Below, one piece after another: positions 45,916 to 54,946 of a stretch of 64,000 nucleotides of DNA. The position numbers were made by a program, and so were the translations under genes. The notes under the pieces are model-generated. The model saw only the letters and a program-made list of their open reading frames with translations. It had not been told where the DNA came from and ran no database searches. This DNA is from Bacteriovoracaceae bacterium (GTDB lineage Bacteria; Bdellovibrionota; Bacteriovoracia; Bacteriovoracales; Bacteriovoracaceae). The stretch spans positions 13,438 to 77,437 of the forward strand of contig JAOHMI010000002.1 in the NCBI GenBank assembly GCA_028101965.1, in the 5' to 3' direction. The first letter of the stretch is position 1, and each line of letters begins with the position of its first letter.

Positions 45916-48087
45916 ATGCAATCAAAGCTATTCGTTTTTATTAGTTTATTCGTTTTCAATTTATCTTTATTTGGAATTGAAGTTGTGAAAACAACAGAAT
46001 CATATTCGGCTGAAAATTTCAATTGTACAAAATACGAAAAAGAAATTACTCGTCCACGGAACGCACGAAAAATACTGGTTGAAGAGCAGCGGTGTGAAAT
46101 AAAGAGTTTATTTAAACCTGGAGAATGGAAGAAGCATACATTTTTAACTTTAGACGCAGAGGATATTGGAGATATTCAATTCGCTCACGGTTACTTAATG
46201 GCCGAGCAGATAGCGGATGGATCACTTATTGAAGCTTTAGAGAATATTAAAGCATCAACTGCTTCCATGAAAGGCATTAAAAAAAATGTTTTTAAGTCAA
46301 TTCGTAAATGCATTTTTCGTGGCTTAAGAAAATCTGTCAGCGCTCGATTTAACCGGGCCATAACAGGATTATCGGAAGGGTTTCAAGCTAGGTTAGAAAA
46401 TGATCCCAACTTAAAGGTTAAGTTTCGTACTCATCGAGAATTCCAAGAAGCGACATTAAGTATCGAGCTAGGAAATGTGGCTTATGGATTATTGCATGGA
46501 ATGGATGAAAAATGGCTAAAGCATTTTGGAAAAACTTTAGTGGGATGTGGTATTCCCATAACCAAAGGTTTAGCTAAGTCACTTCTTCATACGATAGGCA
46601 CAAAAGGTGGATTAAAAGAGAAATTCGCTTGTTCTGGTGTCATCTCAAATAAGAATATTTCAAAAAATGGTGAATTCATACACGCTCGAAACTTAGAGCA
46701 AACGGCCATGATGAGATCGTGGAATAAGCATCCTGTTACTTTTTTAATTAAGGAAAAAAAGATTAAGAATAAAGTCGCTTATCGAGATACGACTAAACCA
46801 ACAGGATATGTAGCTTATGGGACCGCTGGTTTAGTATTCCCTGGGGGAATTAGTGGATATAATGACCAAGGTATTACTGTTAGTTTACACCAACTAAATG
46901 CACGAACTTATGATAGACGAACAAAAAAGAAAAAAGGGGATATGCTTCCAATGCTACAGCAAGAAATTCTTGCTATGGCAGGGAGTATTGATGATGCCGT
47001 TCAAGTGGCAGTAAGAACTAAGGTGTTTTCATCTTGGATAATTTTAATAGGGGATGCTAAAAATAATGAATCTGCCACAATTGAAGTAAGCCCAAAGGGA
47101 GTAGTTGTCTCACAAAGGTCAACTGAGAAGTCATTGGGGATCTCTAATCACTTTCTCTCAAAATCTCAAGACAAGCATCACTTTCATAGTCGTTACTCAA
47201 ACTACATGGAAACGCAATCAAGGTTTTATCAAATAAATCAATTTCTAAAGGGAGCTGAGTCGACTAAAAATATTGATGAAAAGTCTTTAATTCAATTCTT
47301 AGCTTCCCATCAGGATGGCTATGTGAATAAGGAATTCATTTTTGGTACATCTTTAGGAAGAACAAGTAACATATTTACTTCCATCGCTATGCCTGCTTCT
47401 GAAAAAAGTGTGCTTTCTTTAGGGGATACTAGCATCGCGAATCATGGGACATACTTTACCGTTTATAGTGATATTAAGAATTCTTCGTTTAGACTGGATA
47501 ATGCAATTCATATTCGTTCTGAAAAAGGCTCATTAATCCCGAATAAAGCAGCTGATCTTTATGGAAAAGCTTATTTGGCACATAATGGGGGAAGAGATGA
47601 TATTGCTTTAGATTTATTAGAAAAAATAAATCTAATTTTTGAACAGCAGACTCAGCAAGGATCTAGAAGTTATCATGACTCTCATTTAGATTATTTGCTT
47701 GGTCGTTTCTACTTAGCTAAAAAAGATTTAAAAAAAGCTTATGAGTATTTGAGTAGGGCACAGGGAAGTTTTACAGATGAATACCGGAAAAAGAGAAATC
47801 AAATTTATCTACTCTATCTTTCTCAAAAATTTAACTATAATATAGGCTTTAATCTTTCTCAATTTAATTCGATTTACGCTGAGACAGAAGCATTTTTTAA
47901 AGGTTTGTTAAAAAATGGCTACCATCAAAATTTAACAAAAATTAACTCAAAGTTAAGCTCATCTAAGAACATACATGCTCATTTAGATATTGAAGCGAAG
48001 CTTGATCTGCTAAAACAGATTAAGAAAAATAAAATTAAGGATTTTAAAAAGTCATTTGGAAAAATAGACATGTCTTCAATTGATTAA
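45916..48087 (+). CDS. Secreted Ntn-hydrolase (peptidase C45 / acyltransferase-like) with a TPR-like C-terminal extension
   Basis: AGGAGG RBS and a signal peptide. FACSGVIS...GEFIHARNLEQ (candidate nucleophile Cys plus an RN motif), GGISGYNDQGITVSLH and ISNHF are C45-like blocks. The C-terminus LGRFYLAKKDLKKAYEYLSRA is TPR-like. Confidence 0.55.
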   Translation: MQSKLFVFISLFVFNLSLFGIEVVKTTESYSAENFNCTKYEKEITRPRNARKILVEEQRCEIKSLFKPGEWKKHTFLTLDAEDIGDIQFAHGYLMAEQIADGSLIEALENIKASTASMKGIKKNVFKSIRKCIFRGLRKSVSARFNRAITGLSEGFQARLENDPNLKVKFRTHREFQEATLSIELGNVAYGLLHGMDEKWLKHFGKTLVGCGIPITKGLAKSLLHTIGTKGGLKEKFACSGVISNKNISKNGEFIHARNLEQTAMMRSWNKHPVTFLIKEKKIKNKVAYRDTTKPTGYVAYGTAGLVFPGGISGYNDQGITVSLHQLNARTYDRRTKKKKGDMLPMLQQEILAMAGSIDDAVQVAVRTKVFSSWIILIGDAKNNESATIEVSPKGVVVSQRSTEKSLGISNHFLSKSQDKHHFHSRYSNYMETQSRFYQINQFLKGAESTKNIDEKSLIQFLASHQDGYVNKEFIFGTSLGRTSNIFTSIAMPASEKSVLSLGDTSIANHGTYFTVYSDIKNSSFRLDNAIHIRSEKGSLIPNKAADLYGKAYLAHNGGRDDIALDLLEKINLIFEQQTQQGSRSYHDSHLDYLLGRFYLAKKDLKKAYEYLSRAQGSFTDEYRKKRNQIYLLYLSQKFNYNIGFNLSQFNSIYAETEAFFKGLLKNGYHQNLTKINSKLSSSKNIHAHLDIEAKLDLLKQIKKNKIKDFKKSFGKIDMSSID

Positions 48088-48117
48088 AAGACATGCCTCG
48101 TTTCTTTAATTAAATTT

Positions 48118-48387
48118 TTATCGGTGAGAGTGCTTGTAGGAAATACAAATCTCAGGCCCATCGGGCATATCCTTGGTCATTGCGTCGATGATAATTCCTC
48201 GGTGATTAGGCTCGCTGCTATTTGCAAACTCACCAGTAAGATGATCATGACCACCTGCAAATTTATTAACTTTCTTTTGAACTTCCTCAATGTTTTTCCC
48301 TGTGAAACATTTAATATGCGAATGAGGTCCATGTGCTAAGACTGCGAAACTAAATAAACTAATGCTAATCATTGTTAATGTTTTCAT
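48118..48387 (-). CDS. Small secreted His-rich protein (candidate periplasmic metal binder)
   Basis: Signal peptide followed by HGPHSH...GGHDH...NH...YKHSHR. Confidence 0.45.
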   Translation of the reverse strand: MKTLTMISISLFSFAVLAHGPHSHIKCFTGKNIEEVQKKVNKFAGGHDHLTGEFANSSEPNHRGIIIDAMTKDMPDGPEICISYKHSHR

Positions 48388-48517
48388 TATTAATTCTCCT
48401 TGTTGAACTAGTGGGTGTTTGTCGAAGACTATACAAAGTGATATAGATCTTAAACATTAAAAAAAATTATCGAGACAAAAGTGTGGCAATTAACGAAACA
48501 CTTAAGGAGAATGACAC

Positions 48518-49117
48518 ATGAAGAAAATTAGTTTTATCTTTTGCGCACTGTTGGTTATCAATTTTGTTCAGGCAAATAAAAAAAATTATTCCATCTCCTC
48601 AAATAATATTAAAGCTGGAACAGAAGTTTTGATTGGTAAAAAGAAAATTAAACTACACACTGGGAATGATCTCATTGCCGTCGGAAAATCAATATTTACT
48701 TTTTTAGATAAAAAAACTAAATTCCCTAAATTAAAAAATAAAGTTACTTTAATAAATGTTGTTCCTTCTATTGATACTCCAGTATGCGAAGAACAGTCAC
48801 ATATACTTGGTGAAAGTAAAAATATTAATCAAGAAATTTCTCGCGTTACTATTAGTCGTGATTTGCCCATGGCCCAAAGGCGATTTGCAAAAGAAGCTAA
48901 ATTAGAAAACATCCATTATATTTCTGATTTTAACGATGCTGAGTTTGGAAAGAAATCAGGTCTCCTTATGTCAGATAATGGATTATTGGCAAGAGCTGTG
49001 ATTGTGACTGATGAAAAAGGAATCATTCGTTACATGCAGATTGTTCCAAAAGTTAGTGAGTTACCTGATATGAAAAAAGCAATTAATTTTGCCAATAATC
49101 TGGCAACTCAAAAATAG
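48518..49117 (+). CDS. tpx: Thiol peroxidase (Tpx family) with a signal peptide. It has a single Cys in the mature domain.
   Basis: VVPSIDTPVCEEQ (Tpx peroxidatic Cys motif), DLPMAQRRF and LLARAVIVTDEKGII. Confidence 0.85.
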   Translation: MKKISFIFCALLVINFVQANKKNYSISSNNIKAGTEVLIGKKKIKLHTGNDLIAVGKSIFTFLDKKTKFPKLKNKVTLINVVPSIDTPVCEEQSHILGESKNINQEISRVTISRDLPMAQRRFAKEAKLENIHYISDFNDAEFGKKSGLLMSDNGLLARAVIVTDEKGIIRYMQIVPKVSELPDMKKAINFANNLATQK

Positions 49118-49174
49118 ATTCATTTTTACATTTCCACTTGGGTAAAATCTTTTATCAGGATATTAAATGTGCAA

Positions 49175-49915
49175 ATGAAACCCAAAGTATTAATATTTCT
49201 AACATTTTTATTTTTATCCTCATCTACTTTTTCTATGAAAAGCATCCTATTAATTGGTGATTCTCATACTGCTGGATACTTTGGTAAAAAACTTCATAGT
49301 TATATTGTCGAAAGAAATCACGACTTAGTCACTTTAGGTCATGCTTCTTCAGCCCCATTTCATTGGATAAATCAAAAAGAATATTATTTAAGTGGTGGAG
49401 TTTATAATCAAGCAACTGTATCAAATGTAGATTATAACCATCCTAATCCTCCATCTCATTGGTCTAAAAAAGTTAACGTTCCTAAGTTTACTCCTTTGCT
49501 TGAGAATATGATTTATCATTCGAAATGGAGAAGTAAAATTCAAAACTCGATAATACCAGAGTTTGTCATCATTGCTTTAGGAGCGAATGATCTTGGTTTT
49601 CTTGGTGAAGTAGGCTCAAAAAAATATAATAATCATAAAAAATATGCTCAAAGCATGGTTGAGTTCTTAAAGGATAAGAGTATACCCTGTGTGTGGATAG
49701 GTCCACCTAGTGGAACAAAGAAAGATCCTATTAAAAATAATATTGTTTATAAGTACCTTAATGAAACAGTATCTTCTTATTGTCCTCTATATGATAGTCG
49801 AAAATACATTGCAGAATGTCCAGATGGAAGGCATTTTAATTGTAAATCAAGTTTCCCGAGGGCCAACGAGTGGGCAAGGGATGTATCTAGATTTGTCTCT
49901 CTTTATGTTCATTAA
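49175..49915 (+). CDS. Secreted SGNH/GDSL-type hydrolase
   Basis: ILLIGDSHTAG (block I), LGANDL (block III) and DGRH (block V, DxxH). Signal peptide. Confidence 0.6.
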   Translation: MKPKVLIFLTFLFLSSSTFSMKSILLIGDSHTAGYFGKKLHSYIVERNHDLVTLGHASSAPFHWINQKEYYLSGGVYNQATVSNVDYNHPNPPSHWSKKVNVPKFTPLLENMIYHSKWRSKIQNSIIPEFVIIALGANDLGFLGEVGSKKYNNHKKYAQSMVEFLKDKSIPCVWIGPPSGTKKDPIKNNIVYKYLNETVSSYCPLYDSRKYIAECPDGRHFNCKSSFPRANEWARDVSRFVSLYVH

Positions 49916-49948
49916 ATAAATAATATTATGTCATTGGAAAAAAAATTA

Positions 49949-50704
49949 CTATATATTTGAAACTAGTTTCTTGATCGATGACTCAGATTGCCCATGTATA
50001 TTTGCTGGCCAAATCTGATACTTTATCACTAGAGTTTCATTATTGATTTTTAAATTTAAGCTATTTTCATCAATGGCCATCGGAAGTGTCAGAATTTTTT
50101 CTCTAATTAAATTTAAGGTTTCATCATTCTTTTTTTCATCTTTTAACTTTATTTCAAGTTCACACTGAGCATAATTTTTTGATTGAATTAAAGTAACAGG
50201 GTGATTATAAATATCTTTAGTGGGGATAAAGACTTGGTTTCCGTCCTCTAAAACAAGGGTTGATTTAAAATAGCCTAAGCTTTTAACTCGGCCTGTGTAT
50301 TCTTTTATGTGAATTTTATCTCCTAAAAAGAATGGCCTATTAAATACGAGTGAAAGATACCTAAAAAGACGGTAACTTCCTAATGTAAATCCAATTACAA
50401 GAAAAGAAAAAAGTATATTTATAGGAATAATTCCAATTAGTGGAAGGTCTCGTGATAAGAGCAAAAAACGATTGACAACTATTCCAAAAATGATAATGAA
50501 TATTGGCCATTTAGTCAGAGCGCTAATCAAATCAGTTTCAAGCTCAAGTATTTTTATGAGCCGCCCAATTAAGGATCGAATAACGAGTAAGGTGAAAACG
50601 ATAGACAGAAGAATGATAATATCCACAAATAGATCTTTGTAGATATAGTTATTTAAACTTCCAACTTGTTCATTCCAACTTTTTAAAAAATTAGTTAAAT
50701 TCAT
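49949..50704 (-). CDS. MscS-like mechanosensitive channel family protein (short)
   Basis: The start at 50704 gives MNLTNFLKSW. It overlaps the upstream stop by 14 nt. TM helices are followed by FFLGDKIHIKEYTGRVKSLGYFKSTLVLEDGNQVFIPTKDI, the MscS beta-domain signature. Confidence 0.65.
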   Translation of the reverse strand: MNLTNFLKSWNEQVGSLNNYIYKDLFVDIIILLSIVFTLLVIRSLIGRLIKILELETDLISALTKWPIFIIIFGIVVNRFLLLSRDLPLIGIIPINILFSFLVIGFTLGSYRLFRYLSLVFNRPFFLGDKIHIKEYTGRVKSLGYFKSTLVLEDGNQVFIPTKDIYNHPVTLIQSKNYAQCELEIKLKDEKKNDETLNLIREKILTLPMAIDENSLNLKINNETLVIKYQIWPANIHGQSESSIKKLVSNI

Positions 50705-53700
50705 TATGAATTTTCCATTTGTTTTCAAAAGGGTTGAGAATAATACTACCGAGCAGGCTGCGAGCAACATGTCGTGTAGCAATTCTATTTTTCTTGCTAT
50801 TACTAAATGAGATTACATTTAAATTATATAAGTAGTTAACAGACTGAAGAATTTCATTTTGGTTTAGGTGCGTGCTTCTTGAGAGCTCACTAATATTACA
50901 TTCACCAAACTTAAGAAGATAACTTAAGGTAACAAAAACTTTTTCAGGTAATTCGCTAACTAAATGAGATTCTAGCTTAAAGCTTTTAATACTTCTATTC
51001 AATGTGACTTTATCATTTTCAGGATTCAGATTTGTTAGCCAATGGTAAATAAGGAGTCTGATATTTCCATGAGAATTATTTATGACTTTTGATACTGACC
51101 GTTTGAAGAATATATTATTCTTGGATGCTTCAAAACTAATATTCTTATTTCGATGTTCTAATTGAACTCCACTTGCAGTTTGACGATTTTTAATTATGTC
51201 AAAGGCAACATCATAGGAGAGAGGTTGAATTGTATAGATTTTATTTGCGAGAAGGTAGAGCGAGAATGTTTTATTGAGAAAATCATATGAACTTTGATTG
51301 AGAGTAAAAATCCATAAAGTTTTTTTGTTTCCAAAGAATAAATTACTAATTTGGGATTTAAAATATTGAATATTAGATCCATGAATAATCCATTGGTCTA
51401 GGTCATCAATTAATACAACTCGTCTTCGTTGATCAAAATAATTGGTTTGATCTAGTTTCTGTATCGCCTCAGGAAGACCTTTTCGCTTTTGCAAGAAGGT
51501 ATCATCGATCCGTTTGATGTTTTCACATTTAAGATCAATTTGCAGCATATTCAGTAATGAAGTTTTTCCACTCCCAGATGGGCCATTGATAAAAAGAACT
51601 GAAGACTCATTTTTATTCATCCATGATTGCTCAAACTCTAAAATTGATTCGAGAATGTCTTGATTGGCCAACATAAACTTGGAGCTTTTGATCGGGTCAA
51701 ATGTGAAGCAATCTAAAAAGTAAGGTGGATAATTGTTTAAATTAATTTGGTCAATTTTCTCACACGTATCAGAGAGTTTTTTTAAGTTCTTACTAAATAT
51801 ATTTCGATGCTGCCTTTCTTTAAAGTCTTCACTTGGTGCAAGTTCTCCGATCGTTTCTTGATATAGGTTTTTCAAGAAGAATAATGTCATCTTTTTAATG
51901 GATTTAAAAAAATTAGGCATTTCATTAAAAACAAAATCACTTAAAAAATAAATTCTTTTTTTGGCCAAATTAATGACTGAGTAACTGTGAAACTTCTCAT
52001 AAACTTGTCCAATGGATTGAGAAGTATTTGTTGAAAGTTGGTGATGGTTTTCTTCAACTTTCTGGTCTAGTTCTTTTAAAATTTTGGATAAGCTATTTTT
52101 ATATTTACCAATAAATTCACTGAGCTGGTTTTGATCAAGAATGTTTTTTGATCTTAACTCAGTTGGAGTTTCTACTTCCTCAAGAATAATATTAAACTTT
52201 CCTAAAACGTCGTTAATTTCAATTCTGGTTTTTTCGAAAATCTCAGATAAACCTTCGACCTTTTCTTCGAGCTGAGGAATGATTTCAAAAGTAATAATTT
52301 GATGTATATATTTCTCATAATTAAAATTGAAATTCTGAAAATTCCGAAAACTTTCTACAAATAATTGGTCAGAGTCGAGATATATAGATTTATTAGTGGG
52401 GATAAATTCTTTTTCGAGCAATTTGATGTGAGAATTAAAATCCTGCTCTATTTCATAAGGGTTGAGGTAACAAATATGATTAAGTGAGGACTGTAGATTC
52501 TCTATGATTCCTTTTAAGTGTTTAGATTTGATTTTTAATGACTCATTAATATCCTGAGATTCAATGAGAAAGTCAAAATCATTAAAGATAGGCCCTAGAG
52601 TTTTCTTAGTATCATCTTTTAGTTTATTTGTTTTACTGAAGTATTTTTCCTTAATAAATAAATTAAATAGGTGATTGAAATTTTGATGATTGTTATAATT
52701 AATCAAACAATCAGACAGAGCTTGAAGAGTTTGTCTTAACTCATTTTGATTATTGAAAAACTTTGCCTTGGCTTTTAATAATAAATTTCTTTTTTTGGAA
52801 AACTTAAGATTGAATTTTCGGTGTTCACTGAGACCATATCGATTGAAGAAATTATATAAAGTTGAGCGAGAATTTCTATCAGATATTTTAATTTGGTCTA
52901 AGCTGAATTGAATTTTAGACTGGAGGTCGAAAATTTTAATATCTTGAAATAGGTTTTCAAAATATATCTCTGAGAATTGGAAAATTGTGGAATTATGTAA
53001 ATAGCTATAATAGATTTTTTGTAAGATGTCTAACTCACGGATTATTAAGCTCGAAGTTTCAGATTTTATTATAGTTTGTATTGGGTAGTGAACTGTATAG
53101 GCATTTTTAGTTGAAGTGAAAAAGCTTTTTAAAATAAAGTGAATATTTATTCTTCTATTCCAAATACTATTTCTTTTAAATTCATTAATAACATCATGAT
53201 TTATGAGTATCGGTAGACTTGAGGGGAGAGCTTCGATTAAGTTTTCTAGTTTTCTTTGTACTTTATTGAATTTATTATTTATGGTTTGATCCAATAAACT
53301 AAAAGTATTGGAAATATTTTTTCCGGTAATTTTTTGTTTAGTTAAGTTGAGTTCTTCATTAGAGCAATGATCAAAATCGAAAAAGTATTTTTCTTGTTCT
53401 AAGTTTTTAATGATTTGATTAATGGGCACAATGAGTTCTTCTTGATAGATACTTGCTTTTTTCTGATAAAAATCATCAATATGTTTTTGCAATTGCTCTG
53501 AAGCGAGTGTTCTATTTAAACCATGCTCATTAGTTACTTTTAAGTTTTGATTAAGTTTTATTTTTATAAATGAGAGAGGGAGTGTTTTGTTTATTTTAAG
53601 TGTTTCTTGGCTTTCTTCATCAGAAGAATCTTTTTCAACTGTTTCTAATGAGGTATCACTTTCTTCTGGAATGTCGCCAACCTTCTTTAATGAGAGTTTT

Positions 53701-54944
53701 AAGAGTATTGGACCGGTTAAAAGATTTAATGTAACAAGACCCATTCCAACCACTCTAATGTCATTTGAAAACTGAGGGAATTTCTGAGCTGCTAGTTCAA
53801 TTAAACCAAGTGTTACTCCTGCTTGAGGAATATAACCAAGAAAACCAATCTTTGAAATTTTACTCTCTTCTCTGGCCCATTGGAGGCCATAACGACCGGC
53901 CACGAACATACTTAAAAAACGAGCACAATATAATATGATTGCTATGGGGAGAATGGAAAGGGTATCATGAACTCCAATATTTGCTCCTGCATTAGTAAAG
54001 AAAATTACAAAAACAGGGAGAGATACTTTAACCAGGAGGTGATGAAGTTCTTTCTCAAATTTTGTATAATTAACAATATAAATTCCTGCCGCAATGAGAG
54101 TTAAGAGATATTCAAGATGAAAAGTTCTGCAAATATCAAAACTGGCAATAAGAATGACGATGACAAAGAGAAAGTTTTCAAAATTTATAAATTTTAAATA
54201 AACATGAATTACTAAACCTATAAGAATTCCCGCGACCAGAGATAAGCCTATCTCATGAGAAAGGTTCGCTACGATATTAGACAATTTTAAATTTGCTTCG
54301 GGTTTAAGCAAGAAATTTCCGACGGTGGCCGCGATGGTTAAAAGAACCACAACGATGAGGTCTTTTATGACTGCCGTGTTTAGTATGAGGTTACTTAATC
54401 GACCCTTAGCTTTTGATTCGTTAATGATTGCAAGTACGATAGCAGGAGAAGTCCCATAGCATAAAGTGCTAATGACCATAGACATGACGAAAAGCGCGGT
54501 ATTGCTATATTCAGTTTCACCAAAGAATTTGAAGCTTAAAAATAGAGCAGGGGTAACGATAAGATAGATGGCCAAGATCTTAATGATTGAGGTTTTCCAC
54601 AAAGCATTAATACTTCGATAAAGGGAAGAGAATTTTAATTCTAATCCGGCACTAAGGGCAATAATTCCGATCGCTAAATTATTAAACATTTTTAGTTTCT
54701 CTACTACACCTGAAGAAAGCATTTTGCCTAGCTCAGGACCGAGCATAAGTCCTGCAAGTATGTATCCTGTTACCATGGGAAGGCCAAAATTAGAGCCTAT
54801 TTCAGCAAAAGTATAGGCCACTAAAAGTAATGCGCCCATTGAAACTAAAGTTTCAGCAACAAAAAATTCTTTTAAAAAAGGAATATCCTGCTTTGTTAGG
54901 TAGAAAAGGAAAATGAAAAATATTAAAAAAAATAGCTTCTTCAT
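50691..54944 (-). CDS. 1417-aa fusion protein: N-terminal CPA-type (Na+/H+ exchanger/Kef-like) membrane domain, about 650-aa helical region, P-loop ATPase, then a winged-helix-like C-terminus
   Basis: GYILAGLMLGPELG and LSAGLELKF are CPA signatures in the first 430 or so aa. Walker A FINGPSGSGKTSLL is encoded at 51561-51584. Walker B VVLIDDLD is encoded at 51396-51419. The C-terminal LSYLLKFGECNISELSRSTHLNQNEILQSVNYL is wHTH-like. Confidence 0.7.
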   Translation of the reverse strand: MKKLFFLIFFIFLFYLTKQDIPFLKEFFVAETLVSMGALLLVAYTFAEIGSNFGLPMVTGYILAGLMLGPELGKMLSSGVVEKLKMFNNLAIGIIALSAGLELKFSSLYRSINALWKTSIIKILAIYLIVTPALFLSFKFFGETEYSNTALFVMSMVISTLCYGTSPAIVLAIINESKAKGRLSNLILNTAVIKDLIVVVLLTIAATVGNFLLKPEANLKLSNIVANLSHEIGLSLVAGILIGLVIHVYLKFINFENFLFVIVILIASFDICRTFHLEYLLTLIAAGIYIVNYTKFEKELHHLLVKVSLPVFVIFFTNAGANIGVHDTLSILPIAIILYCARFLSMFVAGRYGLQWAREESKISKIGFLGYIPQAGVTLGLIELAAQKFPQFSNDIRVVGMGLVTLNLLTGPILLKLSLKKVGDIPEESDTSLETVEKDSSDEESQETLKINKTLPLSFIKIKLNQNLKVTNEHGLNRTLASEQLQKHIDDFYQKKASIYQEELIVPINQIIKNLEQEKYFFDFDHCSNEELNLTKQKITGKNISNTFSLLDQTINNKFNKVQRKLENLIEALPSSLPILINHDVINEFKRNSIWNRRINIHFILKSFFTSTKNAYTVHYPIQTIIKSETSSLIIRELDILQKIYYSYLHNSTIFQFSEIYFENLFQDIKIFDLQSKIQFSLDQIKISDRNSRSTLYNFFNRYGLSEHRKFNLKFSKKRNLLLKAKAKFFNNQNELRQTLQALSDCLINYNNHQNFNHLFNLFIKEKYFSKTNKLKDDTKKTLGPIFNDFDFLIESQDINESLKIKSKHLKGIIENLQSSLNHICYLNPYEIEQDFNSHIKLLEKEFIPTNKSIYLDSDQLFVESFRNFQNFNFNYEKYIHQIITFEIIPQLEEKVEGLSEIFEKTRIEINDVLGKFNIILEEVETPTELRSKNILDQNQLSEFIGKYKNSLSKILKELDQKVEENHHQLSTNTSQSIGQVYEKFHSYSVINLAKKRIYFLSDFVFNEMPNFFKSIKKMTLFFLKNLYQETIGELAPSEDFKERQHRNIFSKNLKKLSDTCEKIDQINLNNYPPYFLDCFTFDPIKSSKFMLANQDILESILEFEQSWMNKNESSVLFINGPSGSGKTSLLNMLQIDLKCENIKRIDDTFLQKRKGLPEAIQKLDQTNYFDQRRRVVLIDDLDQWIIHGSNIQYFKSQISNLFFGNKKTLWIFTLNQSSYDFLNKTFSLYLLANKIYTIQPLSYDVAFDIIKNRQTASGVQLEHRNKNISFEASKNNIFFKRSVSKVINNSHGNIRLLIYHWLTNLNPENDKVTLNRSIKSFKLESHLVSELPEKVFVTLSYLLKFGECNISELSRSTHLNQNEILQSVNYLYNLNVISFSNSKKNRIATRHVARSLLGSIILNPFENKWKIHNEFN

Positions 54945-54946
54945 AG

